64,000 bases of DNA, from assembly GCF_006345805.1 (NCBI RefSeq), contig NW_021836126.1, forward strand, positions 310,001 through 374,000. The letters run 5' to 3'. This DNA is from Octopus sinensis. Lineage: Eukaryota. The translations under genes were made by a program, and so were the position numbers. Under the pieces are notes generated by a model. That model saw only the letters and a program-made list of their open reading frames with translations. It was not told the origin of the DNA and did not search any database. Of the stretch, positions 34,206 to 47,509 are shown in pieces; positions within the stretch are counted from its first letter, which is position 1; each line of letters opens with the position of its first letter.

Positions 34206-37200
34206 AAAGCTACCGGGTCTCTCGTGTGGCGTAGCTTTTTAATGTAACTAAGCGTCCAAGCTTCTTTAGGAAGCGAAGCGATTTCCCACTTATTCCTCCA
34301 GTTGTCTCGACCACAATCGAACAGAACACGAATCGGTCTCGCAGCGCTTCATATTTTCTCTCCTTTGCCCTCATCGTTTTTTCCGCGGCATACAGTCTGT
34401 CCACTGCGCTCCCGGCAATGTTTTCAAATGGGAAAATTGTGATCCCATCAGGACGTTTTCCATCTCCTCTGTCAAGCCCGACCAGTTCAAGTACGGCGGG
34501 GTATCCTGCAGACTCCACGGCTCGCTTGAAAAATTCGTTAATCGCCTTGTGTCTTGGGAATCGTCCTGCACTTCTTCGACAAGAGTAAGCATGGTGTCCA
34601 TAACAATCGACGTGGCCCCACACCGGTATTTGTGAGTCCGGCAAAACTCCATTCCAAGTCTGATGTTGATGCGGACAGTATCGTCGTCAAGGTGGGTTCC
34701 GACACTATCAACGGGGAGTGCGTGATCCAAGCTCCACTCGATTCGCATCTTCCAGTCACTAGACAGGCACGTCTGTGTTGGTTGGATTGGTTTAGAAGCC
34801 TCTCATATTTATCCTCGCAAATGATCCTGTAACGATCTTTCTTCTCAGGCATCATCCCCCTCGAATGCTTTATGTCTGTGATTTCAGATGATTCAGTTTG
34901 GAGTTGGAGAATCATCCTGATCAGCAGTCGACTGGAGTCCAAAGAGGATAGATATGCGGGGCAAGCTAAATCTTTCGGAGAAGGGATTCCCAGTCCGCCC
35001 AGGTTAACGGGTATGGTCGCCTGGTCCCACCCTTGGTCGTCGAATTTCACATTGGTGATGCGTTCAATGGTGGTTCGAAAGAGACCATCAATATACTCGA
35101 GCTGTTGCATTTCCAGGTAGTAGGGTGCGCTCCGAAGAACGTAATTCAGTTTTTATGCTGGCAAGGCGTTTCTTAGCAGGAATAGGGAGGTATGTGCGTA
35201 CAACATCTCCAGACGTCTGAATGTTGTTTTTAGTTGATGTTCTTTTGTTATTAGAGTGTTACTGATTCCCGCATCAGAGAAGCATCTAAGTATATCTAGT
35301 TGTTCTGATTTGGTTTCTGTGGCTTTAGGCATGATCTCTCTGAATGTATCAAGAATCTGGTTCCATTCAGGCTGCGAAAATTCAAAATTGATCACTTTAC
35401 ACTTATTGGTGTTTAGGGTTAGCCATATGGATTCCAATTGGGCTATCAGACTTTTTAGGCAATCTAGTACATTCTTCGGATGGCCGCCCATGGTGCAATC
35501 ATCCAAATACAGTCTAACCCCGGGGTGGGGCACCAAAGTGCCCCAAAAAGCGGGGGTGCCCTTCCAAACAGGGGTCTGGTTCAAACTATTGAATTATAGT
35601 TCATTTAACTTGAATTTTGGTTTACTTTGCGAACAAAGAACTCTTTCACATCTTCCAAAGTGTTTATATACCGATAATACAATAAGTTGTGCTTTTTTGC
35701 TCTATATTTTAATAGATTTCTATTCTGTTTTTTAATTTGATTCTGATTAAAATAAATCATTATTTTTAAAACATTTTTTTGAAATAATCAGTCAATTTCA
35801 AATTTTTCTTATTTCTTAAATCTTTTCCAAGTTGAAATCTAAACTCATAATAATTTTTGAGTGTCTCGAAAGATGTATTTTGCGCTATATTCTCCAACTT
35901 ATCCATCATTTCATACGTTTTAATATCGTTGTTTTGTCCTCTATCCCAATTCCATTATAAAATTCGCGACTTTTGACTAGATCATCATTTTCTTCAGATA
36001 TTACTTCCCCGCAATTTTTATCTTCAACTAATTCTTCTCTATTTTCCTCAATTTTCTTCCAACAATTAATTATTGTTGTTTCTTTAACTTCCATCCACGC
36101 TTTTCTAACAAGTACCATAATCTGTCGCATATCTATATTTTTCAAAGATTTAGGATTAATTGTTGTATCTTCTTTCAAATCAAACATAAAGTCCATTAGG
36201 AAGTTTGTGTAATATACTTTAAAACATTTTATTATACCCATGTCTAGAGGTTGAATCAAAGATGTTGTGTTTTTTGGAAGAAAAAACAATTTAACATTTA
36301 AGTATTCAAATAAAGAATGGCATGTAGCATCATCTACTATTAAAATTATTTTTCTATCTTGTGAGAGAAAGTCGTCGTTAATCTTTGATAGCCACATTTA
36401 GAAAATTTCTCTGTTCATCCAGAAAATATTTTCATGACCATAAGTTTTCAATAAATTATCGAATTGAAAGAAAAATTTTGGCAAATTACTTTTGTCTGCT
36501 GAATTTTTTCACCAGAAATGGTTTTAAAAACCAGATCATGTCTCTTCTTAAATCTGTCTAACCTTTGAGGCTTTAAAAGATGTTCGAGAATCAAATTTTG
36601 TTGATATTTTCTTCGCGATGACTTTGATTAATGTACCCGAAATAAAAAAAGGAATCTTCCCTCAATCGACGAAAAGCATTAAAAGTTAATTCGTCAAGTT
36701 TTTCAAATTGATTTATTCCATTAGAAACTTGTTCAACTTCATCTATTTGAACTAATCTTGAAATGACTGATCCTTATTAATGAAAGAAAAAATGTTTTTT
36801 TATTCGGGAAATAGTGCCTTTGCTTATCTTGAATTTTTTTGCAACCTCTCTTTCAGAAGAAGTTTGTAGACACTTTGCAATTTTAATTTTTGTTTCAATA
36901 GAAATTTGGAAGGCATTACACAAAGATAAGTATCAAATGTTCAAAAATAATATTATTCAAAAAAATATTATGTAATAATATTACAATAAATTAGTAAAGT
37001 GCCCCATAGTGGGGTTTTGATAATTTCCAAATTTGGAAAATATTGCTGAAAAATGTACTAAAAAATAAAATCGCCCCAAAAACCGAGGGTGCCCCAAGGC
37101 GGGGTTTTTGTTGGGGCGGGGTTCGACTGTACCAGGGAAGTGGAACAATATTTTGTGACATGGGCAATTCCTAGGCTGAACAAGGCAGGCCCCAGTGGGT

Positions 37201-37600
37201 CTCCTTGTTGGACTCCAGAACACGATGGGATGTGATATTGGCCGTCCACCAGACTGGATGGTTTTCCATATGAGATATGAATATAGCTGTACACTGATGG
37301 GTAGTATGTGAAGCAATCCTCCATAATTGTATCACGCCGTATCGAGTTGAAGGCATTTTTAATTTTGACGATTACGAAAGGAGTGTTCTCATTCTTTTCG
37401 GCGAATGTTCGGACAGCATGAACTGCCGCTTCACAACCCCTATTTGGGCTGGTTGTAATTGTGTTATCAACGTAGAGTTGCTCGTGTTACGAGCAATAAG
37501 ATCTTTGAGGTGACCAGGACGGAGCCCATTTGCCGGCTTGGTTTTCTTAGGCTTTCTTGCCTGACATTGGCAGCATTGAGAGGACAAAATTAAATAAATA
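34206..37600 (-). mobile_element. CRE-like retrotransposon split by a pogo element at its YLDD motif
   Basis: GLRPGHLKDL, QIGV, GVQQGDPLGPALF, then WY|LDDCT across the insertion, then GGLGIPS, RHKAINE, GKRPDG, VETTG. Confidence 0.8.
35510..37129 (-). mobile_element. pogo/Tigger DNA transposon, degenerate DDE_1 transposase
   Basis: TIRs cagtctaaccccg (35510) and cggggttcgactg (ends 37129), with TA on both sides. Protein motifs ILIVDDATCH, FLPKNTTSLIQPLDMGII. Confidence 0.88.
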
Positions 37601-37754
37601 ACATTTAGAAGCTTTTTCTGTTTGAATTCACCTATTGACCTCCAGGCTCTTTATCAATTCGTGTATAACTTATTCCCCATTTTAATTAAATATTTGCTAA
37701 CTAAAAAAAAAAAATTCACCTATTTATTTAACCTAATTTATTTTTCGTCTACAT

Positions 37755-38205
37755 TTTCACGTGCACGTTGTTGTTGCTCTTTCTTATATTGTTGTTCATT
37801 CTTATATTGTATATTGTTCATTCTGATATCCTTGTATTCATTCTTATATTCTTGTATTCTCACCTATCTATGATCCCATCTCATATCCAATCGTTTCAAA
37901 CATTCCAATGCTTAATTTGCTTAACCAATAACACTCGCAAGAAGGCGAGAAAGTGCTTTGACTGTCAGAGAGATGTGCACCTATCTTGTGCCGGCTTAAC
38001 TAAGTTATCATCTGCAGCCCTCGCAATCTGGAAATGTCCAGCGTGTCTCAGTGCTTGTCCCCTAAAGCCAGTACCCCTTCAAAATCCCCCACTTCCGTCT
38101 CTCCCGGTTGTTTGTGACATCCCCTTCGAGGATTTGTTATCCACTGTTGCCGGTCTGCGCCGCGCACGTAAGATAATTTATTTGGCCGATTCAGTTTCCT
38201 GAACA
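37755..38205 (+). mobile_element. 5' end of a second PHD-CRE element
   Basis: tgcacgttgttgttg motif, pyrimidine-rich UTR, CLIC..CFDC..HLSC..WKCPAC; truncated. Confidence 0.75.
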
Positions 38206-38399
38206 TTCCTGAGGCCTCGTTTGTAAGAATTGGAAACGAAGTTCGAATGTTAGCCAACTCGATTTCAAGTCAAATGGCAATGTCAGCTTTTGGAGTTAAT
38301 CGAAAAATGAAATAGTGATTCCAGAGTTTATATATTTAATTCTGAAGCACGTCGAGATAATATGAACATTAATAATAACGTCAGAAGAACTGAGATAGA

Positions 38400-39120
38400 A
38401 GAAATAATTCGGCTTCTAGAATTGTCTTTACCACATTAGCTGGTGTTTCAAAACTAAATTCGTTTCCTGAAAAATTTGATGTTATCATAATTGATGAATG
38501 CAGCCAAGTCTCATTAATTTGTAATTATATTTAGGCTTTGGAATCTGCAGGATGGATCGGACTACTATTGTCCAAAAAATGCAAAATGGCAGGTGATGAT
38601 TCCCAATTACCTCCGATAATTAAATCATAAAGTAATATTATCGTGGATTAATTCGAATTAGAGCAGAAAGACGGGATTTATCTGTATCACTAATGGAAAG
38701 GGTTTCAATTCTTCACCCACAAAATGTAAATATGTTGACAATTCAATATCTAATGAACGAAACAATTATGAAATTTCCCTCTAACGAATTCCATAGTGAA
38801 AATCTTATTCCACATTCTACAGTCAAAACGAATCTTCTCTGGTTAGTGAAGATAATTATTACTTTATAGTAAAATTCCAGTTATTCGGAAAAAATTTTCT
38901 ATATTAATTGATACAACAAAATGCAATTATTTTGAAAATAATACACAACAAAGTTCAAAACACAATCCACGTTATATTGTAATAATTTTTAAAGACAAGG
39001 CCGATATTATAGCCAAGTGTATAAATCGATTCGATGACGCTAGTGTTCTTCAGACAAGAATTGGAGTAAATTCATTTTATTCCAAACAAATTTAGACAAT
39101 ACAAAATAAACTGAAGACTG
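38400..39120 (+). pseudogene. IGHMBP2-like helicase copy 3, central and C-terminal motifs
   Basis: FDVIIIDECSQ|ALE, AGDDSQLPP, SLMER, LTIQY.MNE, ILIDT, with tiny introns and stops. Confidence 0.8.
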
Positions 39121-39235
39121 TTTGCAATAGATTTATTTGCCTGCTAAAAGGCGGATCGAAAATTATGTTTGTCTGACTTAAACGCAAATTTGTGTTAGTC
39201 CAAAAAATATATTTGATTATTTTTGTCCCTTAACC

Positions 39236-40444
39236 CAGGTGTTCTCAACCGGGGGCGAATCGCCCCCCTAGGGGCGAAAATTTTGTACAGGGGGGCGATA
39301 ATTTTGTAGAGGGGGGCGATAATATATTTAATAAAATATTCGAATTTTAATATAATACAAGTATTTATACATGTTAATTTTAATAATGTTTCAGATTTAT
39401 TAATATTTGTTCTATAGTGTTTATCCTTAAATTTTATATTTAGAATAGCACGCTGTTTTTACATTCTTGTTTGGTATCTAAGATGTCTTCTCGCTCAAAT
39501 AAGAAAAGTCGTCATTATCAAAACGAATATTTAAAATATGGGTTTAATATGGCCTAAAGTTGAGCAGAATTAAACCCGACATAGAATATAGGGTTTTCGG
39601 ATCAATATAATAACTTTTCGAATCATATAATAATTTTTCGAACCAATATAATAATTTTTCGAACCAATATAATAATTTTTCGAACCAATACAATAATTTT
39701 TCGAATCAATATAATAATTTTTCAAATCTTCTGAACATTCAATCGAACCAGCGATGGTTCGCCGACAAATAATATCTAATGATGTCGTTATTCTTGAATC
39801 ACTTCAGAATTTGAGCATCTATTCAAATACGTTAACATCTTTCTGTAGAAGGATCCGCAATGTTCACTTGTTATATTTCGTTGAATTTAGATGTAATTAG
39901 GCATCTAAGATCTTTTTCATTCTTGGCTTTACCACGGACTACCAAGTTTTTCTATACTGAAAAACATTTTCCAGTCCACGGTAGTGATGAATCCTCGCAT
40001 TATCCATAATAAAAATAGGATTATTTGTCGGCGAACCATCGCTGGTTCGATTGAATGTTCAGAAGATTTGAAAAATTATTATATTGATTCGAAAAATTAT
40101 TATATTGATTCGAAAAATTATTATATTGATTCGAAAAATTATTTATGATTCGAAAAGTTATTATATTGGTTCGAAAAATTATTATATTGATCCGAAAACC
40201 CTATATTTAGCGAGTAAGCATCAATATCAAGGGTCTCACTAATAATTTTTAATAAAAATTCAATTTTTTACATTTGATTTATTATTTTAAATTTTGATTT
40301 TTGAGTTATATACAAAAAACAACCAATTAAGGGACAATGCCCAAAAATTTTTGAATTGTATGTGGACAAGGGGGCGATAAAATTTCAAAGGGGGCGATAA
40401 AATATCTAAGGGGGCGATGAACAAAAAAAGGTTGAGAATGCCTG
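39236..40444 (+). mobile_element. Non-autonomous hAT element
   Basis: 15-bp TIRs caggtgttctcaacc and ggttgagaatgcctg, 8-bp TSD ccttaacc (39228-39235, 40445-40452), gggggcga subterminal repeats, and a remnant MSSRSNKKSRHYQNEYLKYGF. Confidence 0.92.
39591..40201 (-). mobile_element. Foldback-like IS630/Tc1/mariner derivative nested in the hAT element
   Basis: About 185-bp TIRs built from 21-bp tandem units, TA (or TATA) TSD, and an internal remnant FIMDNARIHH..ITSEHCGSFYRKMLTYL. Confidence 0.85.
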
Positions 40445-41254
40445 CCTTAACCGATGTTCTACCAGATAAAGAAATCGATGGTATACAAAAAAACAATAAG
40501 TTTGTTTTTTTCCAAATTGTAATAAAATTTGTAATTGGTTGGGGAAAATTGGTAATGGGGAATTTGCGGTCAATCTCAACCCGTATTATATAATAAACAA
40601 AAATGCATTTTAAATAAAAATTAATTCACTGATAAGAGAGTAAAAATTAATTTGACTAATTTTCTGTTTGAAAATATTTGACAAATGAAAAACGTATTTA
40701 ATTTTTACTAAAATGCATTTATTGAATATATTCTTGATAAAAATTGAATAAAAATCATATAAAATAGGGACTAAAAGTTAGATTTAACAACACAAAAATA
40801 ATGAAGAACAGTGGAACAAAACACCACGTGGTGAATACGTGGAATATTTATTTAAATTACAGACTTTTTCTAAAAAAATTAAAATTAAAAACATTATTAA
40901 TAATGCACTTAAATTATCTATATTAGCTGGGGCATTTTAATATTTTTAAAACTTATGTTAGAATTGATATTCTTTTACGATCAAAATCAGTAAAGTCTAT
41001 TTGTTTTAAAACAGGATTAGTAATACAAATAAGACAAAATTTCACTACATAACATTCGTAATTTTCAAAAGTAATTACTACCGTATTTCCGGAATTACCG
41101 TATTTGAAAATTATCCTCAGTTTCAATATTTTCACTTCAAATCAAAGACAAACAAAATCAGGTATGACGATGAATGCAAGAGAGAATTCATATGTATTGA
41201 ATGAGTAAAATGTTTAAAAAAGAAAATATTGAAAAAACGAATTTTCCAATATAA

Positions 41255-41760
41255 CTATTTGAAATTTTTTTTGATAAAAAATAATAATGTTTTATCTATA
41301 TAGTCTCGCAAAATTAAGAAACCAAGAATGCACAAACGGCCAATTTCTTTCAAAATTGATGTAGAAATGTCAATATTTATTATTCCACAGTCAAAATTGA
41401 TGCAAAAAATGTCAAAATTGAACTGAAAATGGTATGGTTTTTTCAATAGAGTCGAATATGCTAAATCTATCTCCTCTTCATTTTTAATCGCATTCTTCAA
41501 TCTACTTGTTTATCGGACCCCTTTTAAACATTTCCAAGTCTCAAGACTTGTTAGTATTCTATATTTATCAAATTATTGTACGGTTTGAACTCTTTCTCAC
41601 TATCTTGGCTATCTTGAATGTATCTATGCTTTTCAACTTCAAAATATATAATCAATATTCCTCACTATTTTCATATCTTTGCATAAATTCAGCTAAGATG
41701 TTACTCCTTTATTTGTTTTATTCTTTGTTTTTTTTTCTTTTGAATATTAGGAAATGGATG
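41255..41760 (-). mobile_element. Degenerate hAT transposase remnant related to 26380-26960
   Basis: Shares gaatatgctaaatctatctcctct..ttttaatcgcattcttcaatc with 26910-26960. Confidence 0.5.
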
Positions 41761-41899
41761 TTCAAAGCAATTTTCTATAGTTCCAGTCCGTATAATTCAT
41801 GACATACTTTGTTCTTTCATGCAGAGAAGTATTCAAAATCGAAAAGTGTGTATTCCTAACCCTAACCTTAGACTGAGTATAGTTTTCATTATATTTTGC

Positions 41900-42300
41900 G
41901 TCCATAGGTTCATCCGTTTGGGTTTCAATAGAAACGCTGCTCTTAAAGATATCTGTTGAAAGACAATCGTTCCAAACTGAGGTCATGTTTTGGGCTTTTT
42001 AGAGACCGTGTAAAATCCGGAATCAGAAGGTGGATTGGCTTTTGTATTTTTGTTATTTTTCGCTGAGGGGCAGCCTCCATAAGTAGCCCAGTGTTCTGAT
42101 GATCCACAGTTGATGCAGAGTTTCGTGATTCCTTTCGGATTTGGGCATTAGTAACCACAAGCATTTTACTTCTGCTTTACAAAAACGTGCTATATGCCCG
42201 TAGAATTGGCATTTATAACAACGAATCTCTGGCTTACGGAACCATTCTGCAACCATTTTTTCAGATATTTGAAACTCCAGATAACAATGGGGAACTTAAA
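41900..42300 (-). mobile_element. LINE ORF1 (gag-like) zinc-knuckle remnant
   Basis: RCYKCQFYGHIARFC and CINCGSSEHWATYGGCP. Confidence 0.75.
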
Positions 42301-45071
42301 TGAATAAAAACTGAGAGATCAAAAAGACAAATTTTTTAATTGGTTTATGAACTGGCCAATTCTCTGCTATCTTCTTGAATAAGAGAGCCATTTTCAGACT
42401 CCATTATTACTATACCAGTAGGTGAGAATCATTTGACATAATATATCGTCATATCCACATATTCATTTAGGAGTGTTCACGCTTCTGCGTAAACACAGAA
42501 GATAAATTAAAGTAGTTTCTTTGAAAAATTATCGATTTTATTCTCTAATTGGCCATTTCTCAAATTTTTTTTACCGTTGAACTTGATAATCAAAGAATCT
42601 GTTATTTAGTATTTCTCAAGGAACCAAAAATGGCCAATTTGAGAGGGTTGAGTGTATACATTTTTTTGAGTTACTTATTCTTTCTGTTTTCAAAATCGAT
42701 ATTAATGATTTAAAAAAAATATACATTTGATTATTACAAAATCGTTTTCAACAAATTTATGAAATACTGTTTTGAGATTGCTTCTATTTTTATAGCATTC
42801 AGTCCTTACTCTAATTGGTCAATCTGAAATGAGGGATTCGTTTGTTTGTAATTTATGACTTTTTAAATCAACAGTAAGTTCCTAAATTCGAAGAACTTAA
42901 TGATTTTTATATTCTTCGTCAGGTCCAGTACTGTGATTGCATCACGACAAAACTCCTCAAAACGACCTATAAAATCCTCAAATGGTATCCTTTTAATCAT
43001 ATCAGAATTAACGTTTTTAAACTCCTTAAAAGAGCCACCCAATCTCTCTAATTAGACCTACTCACAACAACCTGAAGTGCCAATTCAGCGTGTTCGTACT
43101 CAAATGTGCCATTAGTCGTGTCCAAACCACTTTTTTGAGTCAAAGTTGCTGTTATTTGTGACTGTTTTCTGAGATAGTGTAATTTATTTTACTCTCGAAT
43201 AAATTTCTTGTGTTGAAAAGCGTCAAATTTGGGCTTTAAATTACTCTGCATTTCATTGCATAGTTCTCTAGTGGGATTGACAGGATTTTTGTTACATTAA
43301 TTCGTCTAATTCATAATCTTAACTCTCTTCTTGGTCGATCTTAGACTGCTGGCAAGTGGGGATATCTGGGAAGTCGAAATCGATTAGAATGGCGTTATAT
43401 TTTTTGAGCTTTTCGTATCTTTTTGTTTGTTGTGGAATTATATTACCTTTTAAATTGTGTGTTTGATACTGTACAGTTGTCAGGGATGTTCATGATGCCA
43501 TTGAACAATGGTTCTGCATTATTTATGGCGAAAAATTCTTTATATTTAAATAAATTTGTTTTTATATCATTAATATCATATTTTTCTTGATTATCCATAC
43601 ACAACAACAAGAACTAAATTAATAAGCGCAAGTTTGTTCTAAATATATTTACTGGTTCTTTATTATTTTTATTATTTACATTAAAAAACTGTTATTTTAG
43701 ATTGCAAACCCATTTAATTTTAAAATCTAACAAATTCATAATCTCCATTTTTGTAGAAGGATGGACGGCCAACTAATATTATTGTATTATAAAAACCATT
43801 TTTTGGCATAACTATGTCTCATCACACCTCTCGACCTAAGAAAGGATATGTTTTCTTGACTTGGTGCAGTAACAGCAAAGCATACAAAAATCACTTTTTA
43901 AATATTAAAAAAATTAATTTACATATATTCATCTGGCATTGTAAGATGTTTCAAAAATCGACTTTTCTTGGTCCTGTCTACCTTAAATCACAAATATTAG
44001 TCTTTTAGATGTTTTACTGTTTTTTATCTTTCTGTGGGACTTTTAGGCTTCTGTCAAACTGATTTAGATACATTTGGGAAGTTTTATAGTTCACCTGAAA
44101 TGACTAAGTGAAAGTTTGACTTTGAAACTGAAACATTAAGGTAATAAAGTTCAACTACCCCATTTCAGATGCCAATTTAAAAAACTCAATTATGCTATGC
44201 TCAAATATGAGCGAAACCCATAAGTTGAAGGTGGATTCCGAAAATACAATCTCCAAATATTTTGATGCAAACGAGACTCATAATTCAGAGATTAATCTGA
44301 GTTATTTATCAGAGAAATTAGATGTAAAATTATAAGCAATACTATTGTTTAAGAATAAGTAAATGTTCCTAAACTTGGAAGACTGGTTTCTCGGAATATT
44401 CTCCTTACATTAATGCCAATTGTTACTAAAAGCCAGCAAAAATGTATTTCAGAATTTGATCCAAAATATATCAAAGTTTATTTTTTGAGTCCAAAACTAA
44501 ATAAAAAACTGAAAATTTGAAGATATTTTAAGGATCTGCGGATGACCTGGACAACCTCAAAGAGATTGCACGCAACAGAAAATCCTGGTCGAGACAAACG
44601 GAGTGAAAGCTCGGAACACGACAAAAGAGAAACTTAAATAACTTTATGTTTTCTCGAAAGTGCTCTTAATAACTAATTAATACTTTTGGTGGTTCTTTTT
44701 TAATAAACAACACAAATACATTCCATGGAGACTTTCTTGTTTACAGCTTTAGTGCCTACTTATTTAATTTTAAATTTTATTAAAAAATAGTTTCCGCTCA
44801 ATCTGTAATTTTGACATAAAAAGAACATAAATAAACAAATTTCTACATCTTCCGCCTATACCATCTTTAGGGCCGAACAAACAAATTAGTTTAAGTTTTA
44901 GAATGATGCCAAATCTATGAAGTTTGAAAAGTCTAACTCTTTATCAGATAGATCGTGAAAAATAAAAAATTTGATAATATCTTTAACTTTGACCTAAAAA
45001 TATTTTCAAATTGGGTTTGAGTTCAAAAATTCAAAAATTTTGGTTAAAATTCATTAAGAAAGATATTCATG

Positions 45072-46745
45072 TCAATCATTATTTTCTTCCACCGATTGGG
45101 TAAGAAGCGCAATGGAAGCTTGTATTCTATCTGAAATATTTAAGTTTGGGTCCTTACTTATGAATTGATAAATCCTTTTTAATTTGTGTATTTGAGTTCC
45201 GACGAAGTAAACTGGAATGGCAGAAAGTGTGATCAAAAAACCGATTCCTCTTGATAAATAAAAAATACTAAACCTGCCTCGGTTGGGGCAGCTAGGATGG
45301 AGCCAATGATAAGTAAAGTGACGATGATTATGAAAGTAATCGGTAAGACCAGATTAACCTGCATAAAATACTTTCTCTCAAACTTTAATGGGTCTCGGCA
45401 AATTGGGAGACTTGTAACGCAAATATAGCAGAGCGACAACTGTGGCATCAATGGCAAGCCAGGACATAACTCCACAATAGTTTAGCAAGAAGACAATGTC
45501 GTTATAAAACGTATACAACATTGAAATGATTGCCTAAAACTGATTTTGATCCTTACAGCAAGGACTACTGCGACGATCGGAGTATTGAACCGAATATTGA
45601 CCACGTTGACAATACCAGGCATGTGTCCATGACGAGCGGCGATGAAAAACATTCTCTGACTAAATGGCAATAGAATACCTCGAAAAAGTGAACATGTTCC
45701 CGTTGAGAGCTCCGATGGTTGAGCAGGCGACTCCGACGGAAATAAAGTAGCCAAAATAATGGTGAAATTTATTGCCGAACGACTAGAATTGTTACTTGAA
45801 TTGCACCAGTCCGATTGCATCTGCGTTGATTGCTTCGGATTTGGTAAGCACAGCATAGTAAGAACAAACACAGAGAGTATAGACAATCATGCAAAACAGG
45901 ATAGAAAAAAGAATGCTCTTGGGCATATCCCTAAAAAATGTAAAAATAATTCCTTCTTTTTTAAATTTTTCATTTCCTCGGAAACAGTGTTCAAGTATTG
46001 CCTAAGAATGCAAAAAATGAATTACCAGCCATAATATGCAAATAGCCCTCCATAATGGGCCACTGCAATCTGTCCTATGTTGCTGGTGCTTCCTTGAAAA
46101 CCCGACGCCAACGTGTCCAAACTCCCTAAAAGTGACGGTTAAGAACCACCAGATGCTAGTTTATATATTCCTGCGGATATTATGATAAAAATGACAGCAA
46201 TCTTGATTCCGCTGAAAATATTTTGAAGCACAGTAGAGGCCTTGATACTCAAACAGTTGATGACTGCCACAATAACTGTACATATTGACACCAAATGTAC
46301 ATATGCAGCAATTGGCTAGGAGTATTACGGCGGGCTGGTTAGGGGGACACCCCGAATAAATTGGCTTTAATAAATAAACGGCAAATGTCAGTGATACGAC
46401 CGCATTCGTGGCGGGTCGGATTACCATTAACTCAATCCAAATCCTCAAAAAACTGGCAAAAGACCCGAAGGCTTTCATGATGTATATGTAGTCACCCCCT
46501 GAGCTTGGGATCATGGTCCCTAATTCGACATAGCAAAAGGAGCCAAACAACGAAATCAGACCAGCGTTGACCCATATAATTAAGGATAACCCAATGCTGT
46601 TTGTTTGCCGTAGAATTGATGCTGAGCTTATGAAAATTCCTGATCCAATGATACTTCCAACAAGCAGGGACACCGAGTTGAACAGTGACAGTTCTTTCTT
46701 TAGTTTATTTCCTGTCTGAAGTGAGCTCTCAGGCGAGTCGAACAT
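45072..46745 (-). CDS. SLC7 L-type/y+L amino acid transporter (APC family), 9-10 tiny introns, one GA-AG
   Basis: IIGSGIF, ELGTMIPSSGGDY, GGLFAYYGWQYLN.VSEEM, STIGALNG, SRMFF.AAR.GHMP, TPI, LPRPIKV. All exons join in frame using 23-27 nt introns. Confidence 0.85.
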
Positions 46746-47327
46746 TTTTCAATTTTTTTAAATAAATAGTCTTGTTGATATATTTTAAATAACCTTTGTC
46801 ACCAAATTTTACAAAATTATTTTCAATAATTATTAAAAAACCTTGACTCTCGAAAATTTGCAATTTTTGGTTCTTTAAAATTTTGTGACTAATTTGAAAA
46901 ATATTTAATTTTCCAACAAGAACATCGCAAATCCGAGAACCGTGGGTGGATAAAGTTTTCTTTCTGTTGGAGTGCAACTGTTGGCTGGTAGGAAACTCGT
47001 GACATTTTATCATGTTTGAAATCTGTATGTGAAGAGATATCCATGACGGCGTAATTTGTCAAACCCAAACGAAGCTACTCGCACAGGCAGCCGCTTGAAG
47101 TCAAACAACAGATTCTCGACTACTCAGCTGCCTTTAAATACCAAGTTTAATACATAAAAGCAATAATTTTGAAAAAATAAGCAAAAAATTTGCTAAAATG
47201 CCCTAAATTAACACAAAACGTATTTAAGTTTTATTAAAATAAAATTCAATTCCTATTTTTTATTTCTTCCAATAACACTCGACTATTTTGGAGATAGAAA
47301 TAGCAACTTGGCAGTTTAAAAACAACA

Positions 47328-47480
47328 ATGAGGACACCCCAGGGTGATTCCCTCTCCCTTTTACTATTCACCATATACTTTGAATCTGTACTCCGCGACC
47401 TTTGTAAATTTCATACAGGAGACATAGACGAGACATCTTATGCGCAAGATATGGATGTAAGATTACGGGACGTGACAGCA
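47328..47480 (+). mobile_element. RTE-like RT fragment
   Basis: PQGDSLSLLLFTIY..YAQD. Possibly related pieces lie near 44530-44610 and 57430-57480. Confidence 0.55.
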
Positions 47481-47509
47481 CTCCAACATCTACTAGAAAA
47501 TGTCTCTCG

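Noticed and set aside
5550-39120. Scrambled-gene interpretation of complementary helicase fragments
   Set aside because: Where the fragments overlap they differ in sequence, so they are paralogs rather than pieces of one gene.
47040-47150. Possible structured RNA (ggcagc...gctgcc stem after a TATA-like motif)
   Set aside because: No tRNA, snRNA or ribozyme signature can be recognised by eye; an Infernal search would be needed.
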